Below are positions 54,271 to 62,733 of a stretch of DNA of 64,000 nucleotides, one piece after another. The stretch covers positions 161-64,160 of the forward strand of contig DASPXJ010000091.1 of the NCBI GenBank assembly GCA_035637355.1. The letters are read 5' to 3'. The DNA is from Gemmatimonadales bacterium. Lineage in GTDB: Bacteria > Gemmatimonadota > Gemmatimonadetes > Gemmatimonadales > GWC2-71-9. The notes under the pieces were generated by a model that ran no database searches, was not told the DNA's origin, and worked only from the letters and a program-made list of their open reading frames with translations. The translations under genes and the position numbers were made by a program. The stretch's first letter is position 1. Every line of letters begins with the position of its first letter.

Positions 54271-55497
54271 TTGGCCGATGCGCGCGACCGCCATCTCACG
54301 GGTCTCGCCGAGCGCGACCGCCGCCTGGCGTACGAGCTGTCGGCCGGCGTGCTGCGCCGCCAACGCGAGCTGGATGACGCGCTCGACCTGGGCCGCACCG
54401 ACCCCCGCCTGCACGACGTCCTCCGACTCGGCGCCTACCAATTGCGTTGGCTCACCCGCGTACCGTCGCATGCTGCGGTGTCGACGAGCGTGGAGCTGGC
54501 CCGAGAGACCGTGGGTGAGGCGAGCACTGGGTATGTCAACCGAACGCTACGGCAACTGCATCGGGACGGGGGACGAGGGACGGGAGACGGGGCAGCCACC
54601 CATCCCGATTGGCTCGTTCAGCGTTGGATCGATCGTCTTGGAAAACCGGAGACGGAACGCCTTATCGCGTGGAATGACACACGCCCTTCGCTCATCATTC
54701 AGCCAGCGCGCTGGAACCTTGACCGTTTGGAGACGGAGCTGCGAGCCGCGGGAGTCGAGACGACGCGGTCACCTTTCGACGCCGGGCTCGAAGTCCTCGT
54801 CCCCCGTCCCCCGTCCCGCGTCCCCCATCCAGCGAATCTTCCGGGGTTCACCGCAGGAGCCTTCATTGTCCAGGATCCTGCCCATTCTCTTGTCTGCCGT
54901 TACGCAGCCATTCCGCGTGGTGAGTTCGTTTACGACGCCTGCGCCGCGCCCGGTGGGAAAGCGGTGGCGCTCGAGGCTGCGGGCGCGCGTATCGTCGCCG
55001 GCGACGCGCGGCTGGAGCGGCTCCCGCGGCTCAGCGAAACGACTCGGCGCGCGGGAGTGGCGATCCGCTGCCTCGCCGCCGATCTTGAGGCGGCGCCGAT
55101 TCGCGAGGACAGCCTCGCTGCCGTGCTCGTCGATGCACCGTGCAGCGCGACGGGCACGATGCGGCGGCATCCCGACGCACGCTGGCGTCTCCACCCCGCG
55201 GTGTTTGCGCGGGCCGCGGCGCGGCAGTTGCGCCTGCTCCAGGCAGCCGCGCCGCTCGTGCGGCCGGGAGGGCTGCTCATCTATGCGACCTGCTCGCTCG
55301 AGCCGGAGGAAAATGAAAGTGTCGTGGAGAATTTTCTGAGCCGGCATGCTGATTTCTCCAGGGCGAGCAGCGATGCGGTGCCCGCCGAGCTGCTGACGGC
55401 CGCGGGCGACTTCCAGTCGCTGCCGCAGCGCCACGGAATCGACGGCGCCTACGCCGCGCGCCTGTTGCGGGAGGGGGAGGGGGGGGGGCCTTCCTGA
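54271..55497 (+). CDS. rsmB: 16S rRNA (cytosine967-C5)-methyltransferase RsmB (start probably upstream, near 54202)
   Basis: ORF 54271..55497 (TTG). DAPCSATG and YATCS catalytic motifs. The NusB-like first helix (ARRAALEILRAVRAG) is encoded in-frame upstream of the TTG without a canonical start. Confidence 0.85.
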   Translation: MADARDRHLTGLAERDRRLAYELSAGVLRRQRELDDALDLGRTDPRLHDVLRLGAYQLRWLTRVPSHAAVSTSVELARETVGEASTGYVNRTLRQLHRDGGRGTGDGAATHPDWLVQRWIDRLGKPETERLIAWNDTRPSLIIQPARWNLDRLETELRAAGVETTRSPFDAGLEVLVPRPPSRVPHPANLPGFTAGAFIVQDPAHSLVCRYAAIPRGEFVYDACAAPGGKAVALEAAGARIVAGDARLERLPRLSETTRRAGVAIRCLAADLEAAPIREDSLAAVLVDAPCSATGTMRRHPDARWRLHPAVFARAAARQLRLLQAAAPLVRPGGLLIYATCSLEPEENESVVENFLSRHADFSRASSDAVPAELLTAAGDFQSLPQRHGIDGAYAARLLREGEGGGPS

Positions 55498-56255
55498 TGC
55501 GCGTTCGCCGCCGCTTCGAGCCGCTTGAGGGTTTCAAAGTCACTCCCCGATTCTGGAAGTGGGTCGCCATCGGTACCGGCGCCGTCGTCGCGGGTTATCT
55601 CACGGCGTACCTCGTGCTGTTTCCCGCGCCGATTCTCCCCGGTCACCAGGTCGTGCCGCGGGTGCTCGGCCTGACGCTGGCCGAAGCGCAGAGCGAAATC
55701 CAGACGGCGAAGCTGCAGACCGCGGAGGGCGGCGCCGAACCGCATCCGACCGCACCGGCGGGGATCGTGATCTGGCAGGATCCGCCGCCGGGCGTCATCG
55801 CGCCTGAAGGAACGAAGGTGACTCTGGTGTCGAGCGCCGGCCCGCCCAAGATTCCGGTGCCGGATGTCGCCAACCTCGACGCGGGGCTCGCGCAATCGCT
55901 CATCGCGTCGGCGGGATTGGTAGTGAGTCAGGTGGAGTCGGTGCAGGCGGCCTCGCCCACCGGCCTCGCGATGATGACGCGGCCGCCGGCGGGAACGGCG
56001 CTGGCACCCGGCGCCGGGCTGACGGTGGTCGTGAGCCGCGGCGCGCCGACGATCCCGATTCCCGATCTGCTCGGCATGGCCTCCGCGGATGCACGGACGC
56101 GGCTCGAAATGGAAGGGCTGCAACTGGGGACGGTGACGCGGCGACGCACGAGTGAAGCATCGCCCGGCACGGTCGTGGCGCAGACTCCCGCGGCCGGGAC
56201 GCTGGCGGCGCCCGGCACGGTGGTGGACATCATCGTGGCTCGGAGTCCGCAATGA
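55497..56255 (+). CDS. Membrane-anchored protein with three PASTA domains (no kinase or PBP domain)
   Basis: ORF 55497..56255. TM WVAIGTGAVVAGYLTAYLVLF, then three repeats of the type VPxVLGLTLAEAQ..., VPDVANLDAGLAQ..., IPDLLGMASADAR... TGATG overlap with rsmB. Confidence 0.8.
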   Translation: MRVRRRFEPLEGFKVTPRFWKWVAIGTGAVVAGYLTAYLVLFPAPILPGHQVVPRVLGLTLAEAQSEIQTAKLQTAEGGAEPHPTAPAGIVIWQDPPPGVIAPEGTKVTLVSSAGPPKIPVPDVANLDAGLAQSLIASAGLVVSQVESVQAASPTGLAMMTRPPAGTALAPGAGLTVVVSRGAPTIPIPDLLGMASADARTRLEMEGLQLGTVTRRRTSEASPGTVVAQTPAAGTLAAPGTVVDIIVARSPQ

Positions 56256-56923
56256 CGAACGGAATCCGCATCGCGCCGAGCGTGTTGTCCGCCGATTTGG
56301 CGCGTCTGCGGGAGCAGGTCGAGCAAGTGCTGGAAGCGGGCGCCGACTGGCTCCACGTGGACGTGATGGACGGGCGCTTTGTCCCCAACATCACGTTCGG
56401 CGCCAACATGGTCGAGGCGCTACGCAAGCTGACCGACAAGCCGATCGACGCGCACCTGATGGTGGTCGAGCCCGAGGACTACATCGAATCGTTTGCGGCT
56501 GCGGGCGCATCCGTGTTCTCGTTCCATCCCGAAGCCACAATTCACGTGCAGCGGCAACTCGATGCCGTAAAGAAAGCCGGCATGATGGCGGGCCTCGTGC
56601 TCAATCCCGCAACGCCGCTCGCGCATGCCGAAGAGGTGATGCGGGACCTCGATTTGTTGCTCATAATGACGGTGAATCCAGGCTTTGGCGGACAGAGTTA
56701 CCTTCCTGGTTCAAACGAGAAAATCCAGCGCGCCCACGCACTACGCACCACGCACCACGCACAGTGCTTTTTGGAAGTCGATGGAGGGATTACGCGTCAG
56801 ACGATCGCAGCCGCACATCAGGCCGGCGCCGACACATTCGTCGCGGGCAACGCCGTGTTCGGCAGCGCCGATCCGGGCCGCGAGGTGCAGGAGCTGCGCC
56901 GGCGCTGTATGGTGAGCGTATGA
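56252..56923 (+). CDS. rpe: Ribulose-phosphate 3-epimerase
   Basis: ORF 56252..56923. IAPSVLSADLARL...HVDVMDGRFVPN...MTVNPGFGGQ...VDGGI. Confidence 0.95.
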   Translation: MTNGIRIAPSVLSADLARLREQVEQVLEAGADWLHVDVMDGRFVPNITFGANMVEALRKLTDKPIDAHLMVVEPEDYIESFAAAGASVFSFHPEATIHVQRQLDAVKKAGMMAGLVLNPATPLAHAEEVMRDLDLLLIMTVNPGFGGQSYLPGSNEKIQRAHALRTTHHAQCFLEVDGGITRQTIAAAHQAGADTFVAGNAVFGSADPGREVQELRRRCMVSV

Positions 56924-57456
56924 CGAACCGGCAACAGTGGACGCTGATCGCCAGCGTCGTGATGACGGCGGTGTTCGGCGTCGCGCTCGCCATCAAGCTG
57001 CGCCCGCAGCTCAATCTGCTCGAGGTGGGATCGGCGGCGCCCGACTTCGACGCCGTGCAGCTCCCGACGGGCCGGCCGGCGAGCATCGAGGATTATCGCG
57101 GGAAGGTCGTCCTGCTCAACATCTGGGCGACGTGGTGCGCACCCTGCAAGGTCGAGATGCCGTCGATGGAACACCTGCATCGCAAGCTCGCCGGCACCGA
57201 TTTCCGCCTCGTCGCCGTGAGCGTCGATGAAGAGGACTCGACCGTGGTGAACAAGTTCGTGAAGGATCTGGGGCTGACGTTCGAGATCCTGCACGATCGC
57301 GACGGATCGATCCGCCGGATCTATCAGACCACCGGGGTGCCCGAGAGCTTCGTCATCGATCGCGACGGCGTGATCGTCAAGAAAGTCATCGGCGCGGCCG
57401 ATTGGGACGCGCCGGTCAACGAGAGCCTGATCCGCCGGCTGCTCGATGCGCGCTAG
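56920..57456 (+). CDS. TlpA/ResA-family thiol:disulfide oxidoreductase (thioredoxin fold)
   Basis: ATG 56920 within ORF 56152..57456 (ATGA overlap with rpe). TM anchor, then WATWCAPC active site. Confidence 0.85.
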   Translation: MTNRQQWTLIASVVMTAVFGVALAIKLRPQLNLLEVGSAAPDFDAVQLPTGRPASIEDYRGKVVLLNIWATWCAPCKVEMPSMEHLHRKLAGTDFRLVAVSVDEEDSTVVNKFVKDLGLTFEILHDRDGSIRRIYQTTGVPESFVIDRDGVIVKKVIGAADWDAPVNESLIRRLLDAR

Positions 57457-58387
57457 CCTGCTCCAGCTGATCACCCGCAACTGGCCGATCAAGGGCGCCG
57501 CGCTGTTTCTCGCCCTGATGCTCTACGTGGCGGTGCAGCTGCAGCAGCCGGTGACGACCAGCTTCGACGTCACGCTCAACCTGCAGCTGCCGCCGGGCCG
57601 GGCGCTGGTCCACAAGCCGCCCAAGGTCCGCGTGCAGATCTCGGGCAAGGGCAGCCAGATCCTGAAGCTGCGCTCACTCGCCGGCGACATCACGCGGCGC
57701 GTCCCCGACACCCTCACGGCATCCACCTACACGATCCATCTCGACCCGGCGGAGGTCGAGCTGGCGCTGCCGAAGGGCGCCGACGTGCGCGTGATGGAGG
57801 TCCGCCCCAGCGAGATCACGCTCGCGCTCGACAGCGTGGCGCGCAAAGAAGTGCGCATCGTCTCGCTCGTGACCGTGACGCCCGAGTCGGGCCAGTTTCT
57901 GCACGGTGGGCTCTCGATGACGCCTACGACGGCGCGCCTCGTGGGCCCGGAGAAGAGTCTCGCTACGATCGACTCGGTGACCACCGTGCCGATGGAAATC
58001 ACGAATGTAGCGGGCGGGTTCACCCGCAACGTGCCCATCGACACGATGCCGCTCGGCATCGTGCGGCTGTCGCCCAAGCAGGTGACGGTCACCGGCGAGA
58101 TGGGGACCATCGCGGAGCGCTCGTTCGGCGGGATTCCGGTCGAGACGGGCGCCGGTGCCATCACGAGCTTCATCGTCACACCGGCACGCGTGTCCGTCTC
58201 CGTCCGCGGCCCTGAAGAGCGCGTGCAGGCCCTGACGCGTGACTCGCTGCGCGTGGTCGCCCACATCACCGGACCGAGCGGCGGCGTGGCGCGGATCACC
58301 GTCATCGCGCCACGTGGCATCACCGCCCGCGCCATCCCCGATTCCGTCACGCTGCGGCGGCGCGCGACCCCCACGCGTCGTGGCTGA
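57446..58387 (+). CDS. YbbR-like repeat domain protein
   Basis: ORF 57446..58387. N-terminal TM NWPIKGAALFLALMLYVAV, followed by repeated ~85-aa beta-rich modules. Confidence 0.7.
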   Translation: MRASLLQLITRNWPIKGAALFLALMLYVAVQLQQPVTTSFDVTLNLQLPPGRALVHKPPKVRVQISGKGSQILKLRSLAGDITRRVPDTLTASTYTIHLDPAEVELALPKGADVRVMEVRPSEITLALDSVARKEVRIVSLVTVTPESGQFLHGGLSMTPTTARLVGPEKSLATIDSVTTVPMEITNVAGGFTRNVPIDTMPLGIVRLSPKQVTVTGEMGTIAERSFGGIPVETGAGAITSFIVTPARVSVSVRGPEERVQALTRDSLRVVAHITGPSGGVARITVIAPRGITARAIPDSVTLRRRATPTRRG

Positions 58388-59399
58388 CGTCGTCCTCGGC
58401 ATCGAGACTTCGTGTGATGAAACGTCCGCCGCCCTGCTGGTGAACGGCGAGCTGGCGAGTCTCGTCATCCTGTCGCAGGACATCCACAAGGTCTTCGGCG
58501 GCGTCGTACCGGAGCTGGCGAGCCGGGCACATCTCGCCGCGCTCCCCGCGGTGGTGGATCGCGCCCTGGCGGAGGCGGGCCTCGCGCCGTCGGCGATCGA
58601 CGCGGTGGCCGTAACCGCCGGGCCGGGACTGGCGGGCGCGCTGCTCGTCGGCGTCGTCTACGCGAAATCATTCGCGTATGCCGGCAACCGGGCGCTCATC
58701 GGCGTGCACCACATGGAAGGCCACCTGTTCGCGCCGGCGGTCGAAGACCGTGACCTCGCGCCGCCGTTCGTGGCGCTGCTGGTCTCCGGTGGTCATACGC
58801 TGCTGCTCGACGTCCCCGCCTGGGGCCGCTACCGCCTGCTCGGCGAAACGCGCGATGACGCAGCCGGTGAGGCGTTCGACAAGGTCGCGACGCTGCTCGG
58901 ACTCGAGTATCCGGGTGGCCCTGCGATCGAACGGCTCGCGCAGCAAGGCGACCCCAGCCGCTTCAGCTTCCCGCGTCCCATGATCGCCGAGGGTTTCGAG
59001 TTCTCGTTTTCCGGACTCAAGACTGCCGTGCTGCATGCGGTGCGCGCGTCGGACGATCTGGACAGAGATCGCGCGCATGTCGCCCGTGGCTTTCAGGATG
59101 CGGTCCTCGACGTGCTCGTCACCAAGCTGGAGCGGGCCGTGCGCGCGACCGGTTACTCCACCGCCGTCCTGGGCGGAGGGGTCGCGTGCAGCCGCGCGCT
59201 GTCGGCCCGCGCCGCCGAGCGCGTGGCGGGCAGCGCGCGCGTCGCCGTGGCGAGCCCGCGGCTCAACGCCGACAACGCCGCGATGATCGCGCGCGCCGGT
59301 TGGCATCGCCTGCGCCTCGGCGAGCGCAGCGACTGGACGCTCGACGCCCGCGCCGATCTCCCCCTCCCCGGTCTCGAAACCGCCGAGATTACGACATGA
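58380..59399 (+). CDS. tsaD: tRNA N6-adenosine threonylcarbamoyltransferase
   Basis: GTG 58380 within ORF 58239..59399. LGIETSCDETSAAL...GVHHMEGH...LLVSGGHT. Confidence 0.95.
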   Translation: MADVVLGIETSCDETSAALLVNGELASLVILSQDIHKVFGGVVPELASRAHLAALPAVVDRALAEAGLAPSAIDAVAVTAGPGLAGALLVGVVYAKSFAYAGNRALIGVHHMEGHLFAPAVEDRDLAPPFVALLVSGGHTLLLDVPAWGRYRLLGETRDDAAGEAFDKVATLLGLEYPGGPAIERLAQQGDPSRFSFPRPMIAEGFEFSFSGLKTAVLHAVRASDDLDRDRAHVARGFQDAVLDVLVTKLERAVRATGYSTAVLGGGVACSRALSARAAERVAGSARVAVASPRLNADNAAMIARAGWHRLRLGERSDWTLDARADLPLPGLETAEITT

Positions 59400-60247
59400 C
59401 CGTTTATCCTTTCGTGCTGCATCTCGGACCGCTCGAGCTGACGGGCTACGGCCTGATGATGATGGTCGCGTTTCTGATGGCCGGTTGGGCGATTCAGCTC
59501 GACCTGCGCCAGCGCGGCCTGGACGAGGATTACGCCGCCGACATCGTGATCGCCGGCGTCGTCGGCGGCCTGGTCGGCGCCAAGCTGTGGTATGTCTTCC
59601 TGACCGGCGAGAGCGATGCGCTGTTCCGCCGCGGCGGCTTCGTCTGGTACGGCGGCTTCCTCGGCGCGACGCTCGGCATCCTGCTCAACGGCTGGCGGCG
59701 GCGCGTGCCGGGCCGGTTCACCGCCGAGCTCTGTGCCGCGCCGCTCGCGCTCGGCTATGCGTTGGGCCGGGTCGGCTGCTTCGTCGTAAATGATGACTAC
59801 GGGATTCCCAGCACCGTCCCTTGGGCCATGAAATTTCCCAATGGGTTGCCGCCTACGACCGTCGCCAATCTCCAGACGATGGGCGTGCATTTTCCGGCGG
59901 GAACCGACCCGATGTCGCTCGTGGCGGTGCATCCGACTCAAGTTTACGAAACGATCGCGATGCTGCTCGTCTTCTGGTGGCTGTGGCGGCGGCGCGATCA
60001 TGGTCACGCGATCGGGTGGCTGTTCGCCTGGTACATGGTGCTGGGCGGTGCCGAGCGGTTTCTGGTGGAGTTCCTGCGGGCGAAGGACGACCGGATTCTG
60101 GGAGCGTTTACGCTGGCCCAGGCGACCAGCGTTCTCCTGATGCTCGTCGGCGGGACGCTGCTGTACGTGTGGCGCGCGCCTGCGGGACCGCAGCCGCTGC
60201 CGGAGTCATTGCGACCGAAGCAGGTCCCGCTCCGCGCCACGTCCTGA
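59396..60247 (+). CDS. lgt: Prolipoprotein diacylglyceryl transferase
   Basis: ATG 59396 within ORF 59186..60247 (ATGA overlap with tsaD). GRVGCFVVNDDYG...HPTQVYE. Confidence 0.9.
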   Translation: MTVYPFVLHLGPLELTGYGLMMMVAFLMAGWAIQLDLRQRGLDEDYAADIVIAGVVGGLVGAKLWYVFLTGESDALFRRGGFVWYGGFLGATLGILLNGWRRRVPGRFTAELCAAPLALGYALGRVGCFVVNDDYGIPSTVPWAMKFPNGLPPTTVANLQTMGVHFPAGTDPMSLVAVHPTQVYETIAMLLVFWWLWRRRDHGHAIGWLFAWYMVLGGAERFLVEFLRAKDDRILGAFTLAQATSVLLMLVGGTLLYVWRAPAGPQPLPESLRPKQVPLRATS

Positions 60248-61981
60248 GGACTTGGGCCGCAGGCTCCATCCGGCGGCAACGAGCGCCAGCGCCAGCAGCA
60301 GTCCCTGCCCCAGCAATGATTCGAGCGTCGGGTAGACGCCGAGCACGGGAATGCGCGGCGCGCCCTCGATCACCGTCAGCGGAATGATCCGCGCTTCCTG
60401 CAATTCGGCGATGCCCTTCCCCGCGAAGACGAATGCCATGTAGTACAGCATCACGCCCGTCACGGCGAAGAACGGCTTCATCGCCACGCGCAGCCCCAGC
60501 TGATTGATGATCAGGTAAACGGCGACCAGCCCGACGGAGCCGGCGGCAATTCCCCCGATGACCGAGACGCTGCTGGAGCCCGCCGACGTGAACAGCGCCT
60601 TGTAGAACAGGATCGTCTCGAAGCCTTCGCGATAGACGGCGAGAAATGCGACGGCGCTCAACGCCATCCCCGAACCGGAGGACAGGGCGCTCTGCATCTT
60701 GCCGTGCACGAACGCGGTCCACTTGGCGGCTTCGATCTTGGACAGCAGCCAGTAGCTGACGTAAAAGAGCACCGCCGCCGCGAGCAGCATCGTGCCGCCT
60801 TCGATCGTCTCGCGCTGTCCCGGCGTCACTTGAAACAGCAGCTCGACCAGGACCCAGGTGAGGAGACTCGCCGCGACCGCGAGCCAGGCTCCCCGCGCGA
60901 CATCGCGGCGCCGGTCCGGCGCACCCGCTTTGGTGAGAAAGGTCATCAGCGCCGCGACGATGAGGATGGCTTCGAAGCCCTCCCGCACCAGCAGGAAGAA
61001 CGACGCCACGAACAAGCTCATCGACGACGGACGGTCGGCAACGACACGCTCGGCGCGCTCGAGTCCGGCCAGCAGCCGCTCGCGAATGGCATGGCGCTCC
61101 GCGTCATCGGCGCGCGCCACGCGCGTGCGCAGCCACGCGAACGTCGTCTCCAGCTCGCCGGCAAGCCCGGGGTTCTTCGCGCGCACCTCCGTCTCGACCT
61201 GTTCGAACGTGAGATAGGCGTCGAACCCGATCTTCTCGGACCGCAGCGCGATCGCGGAGTCCACCTGCCGGCGCACGGCGGCAAAGGTCGCCGCCGTGGC
61301 CGATCCGCCGTACTGCATCGCACCCACGTAGGCCGCCACCGCCCAGCGGTCTTCGTCCGGCACGTCCTCGGCGAATTCGGGCATGGCGGTGCCGGGGACG
61401 CCGATGGCGATGCGGCGAAAGATCTCGAGCAGCGTCGTCCCGCCCATGACGCGGGGGTCGGTGAGATCGGCTGGCCGCGGTCCCTTCAGGGTTTTCGCCT
61501 TCGGGCCGTCGCCGCGGCCCGCTTCTCCATGACATGCGGCGCAGCGCTCGTGAAAGACGACGGCGCCGCGTGCGAGCGACGGTGGCTTGGAAGGGAGCTG
61601 CTCGATCACATTGGGACCACCCGCGGCGGCGGTAATGCGACTGATGAGCGCGTCGGTCACGAGGCGCACCGAGTCCGGCGGGGCCAGACGGTCCAGCATT
61701 TCCGCGATCCGGGTGAGCGCATGACCGGAGACTACGCGCGCACCGACGGGGAGCCCGGGGACGTCGAATGTGGCCTGCTGAATGAAGAGTTTGGCTTCGT
61801 CCACTTCCTCGGGCTGGACGATCTGCCCACCGCTGGGCGTCACACCGAGGGCGTATTCCTTGGCGGCAAGGGAGGCGGCGGCAACCACCCGCCGCGACAG
61901 GGCCAAAGAGTCAGACGCCTGCCCTGCGAGTGGCTGTGCAAGGCAGGCGGCAAGGACGAGAAGGATTGCCCGGAACCGCAC
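60206..61981 (-). CDS. Cytochrome-c domain fused to an FTR1/EfeU-family iron permease
   Basis: ORF 60206..61981. Signal peptide, haem motif CAACHG, and two REGFE motifs (REGFEAILIV, REGFETILFY) in a 7-TM C-terminal half. Confidence 0.8.
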   Translation of the reverse strand: MRFRAILLVLAACLAQPLAGQASDSLALSRRVVAAASLAAKEYALGVTPSGGQIVQPEEVDEAKLFIQQATFDVPGLPVGARVVSGHALTRIAEMLDRLAPPDSVRLVTDALISRITAAAGGPNVIEQLPSKPPSLARGAVVFHERCAACHGEAGRGDGPKAKTLKGPRPADLTDPRVMGGTTLLEIFRRIAIGVPGTAMPEFAEDVPDEDRWAVAAYVGAMQYGGSATAATFAAVRRQVDSAIALRSEKIGFDAYLTFEQVETEVRAKNPGLAGELETTFAWLRTRVARADDAERHAIRERLLAGLERAERVVADRPSSMSLFVASFFLLVREGFEAILIVAALMTFLTKAGAPDRRRDVARGAWLAVAASLLTWVLVELLFQVTPGQRETIEGGTMLLAAAVLFYVSYWLLSKIEAAKWTAFVHGKMQSALSSGSGMALSAVAFLAVYREGFETILFYKALFTSAGSSSVSVIGGIAAGSVGLVAVYLIINQLGLRVAMKPFFAVTGVMLYYMAFVFAGKGIAELQEARIIPLTVIEGAPRIPVLGVYPTLESLLGQGLLLALALVAAGWSLRPKSSGRGAERDLLRSQ

Positions 61982-62016
61982 GACAAATAGTAGAGTAATT
62001 TTGTCGGGAATTCAAT
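61982..62016 (-). promoter_or_regulatory. Sigma70-like promoter (TTGAAT-17-TACTAT) with an overlapping 24-bp palindrome, abutting the iron permease start codon
   Basis: Minus strand: ttgaat tcccgacaaaattactc tactat ttgtc GTG. The palindrome is gacaaa-N12-tttgtc (61982-62005). Confidence 0.4.
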
Positions 62017-62398
62017 CTGTTGACAGCACTGCAATTGCGACCGCGGCCTCATGCGTATGGGAGAGCGACAGCAGGACCCGCCGCACCCGCAACTCGTTGG
62101 CGCGGCTCGCCGCCAGTCCGCTGAGTGCGACATCGGGCCGCCCATCGGCCGCACGGGTGACCTCGATGTCCCGCCACCCGATGCCGCGGGCCGCCTCGCT
62201 GCCCTGGAGCGCCTTGTAGACCGCCTCCTTGGCGGCCAGGCGGACCGCGACATGCTCGGCGGGATCGGGCCGGGAGCGGCAGTACTCCGCTTCGGCGGGC
62301 GTGAGCAGCCGGTCGAAGACGTGTGCGCCTTTGTCGGCGAGCATCGCGCGCGCGCGGGAGACTTCCACGAGGTCGACGCCCACACCAACGGCGCTCAC
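62012..62398 (-). CDS. acpS: Holo-[acyl-carrier-protein] synthase
   Basis: GTG 62398 within ORF 62012..63085. GVGVDLVEVSR...AAKEAVYKAL...EVT...LSLSHTHEAAVA. Confidence 0.9.
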   Translation of the reverse strand: MSAVGVGVDLVEVSRARAMLADKGAHVFDRLLTPAEAEYCRSRPDPAEHVAVRLAAKEAVYKALQGSEAARGIGWRDIEVTRAADGRPDVALSGLAASRANELRVRRVLLSLSHTHEAAVAIAVLSTD

Positions 62399-62733
62399 GG
62401 TGCCGGCCTGGCGACAAAGAGCCGCCGGCGGTACCGATGGCCGTCGACGTCCACGACGACGATGTACGCACCATTGACCACCCGCCGAGCTCCTCCACCC
62501 AGTGTGAGGTCCCAAACATATTCGTTGTTCGGCGCGGGCACCGTGGTGGTGAACAGCCGGTCGCCCGTGAAACCGAAGATCGAAACACTGGCATTGCCGG
62601 TCGCCGCGGGCCAGGAGATGACGACCTGATCGCTCCGCACCGGATTTTCCGAGACCTCGACGCGAAGCTGGGCGGGAGCCTGCGCGCCCCCCGCGAGCAG
62701 CAGGGCTAGAAGCCCAGTCGCGCCGCGAGCCAT
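62395..62733 (-). CDS. Small secreted protein consisting of a signal peptide plus one FlgD-Ig / T9SS-C-terminal-sorting-domain-like beta-sandwich
   Basis: ATG 62733 within ORF 62395..62820. Signal MARGATGLLALLLAGGAQA, then SENPVRSDQVVISW...VSIFGFTGDRLFT...YVWDLT...VVNGAYIVVVDVDGHRYRRRLFVAR. Overlaps the acpS start. Confidence 0.5.
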   Translation of the reverse strand: MARGATGLLALLLAGGAQAPAQLRVEVSENPVRSDQVVISWPAATGNASVSIFGFTGDRLFTTTVPAPNNEYVWDLTLGGGARRVVNGAYIVVVDVDGHRYRRRLFVARPAP

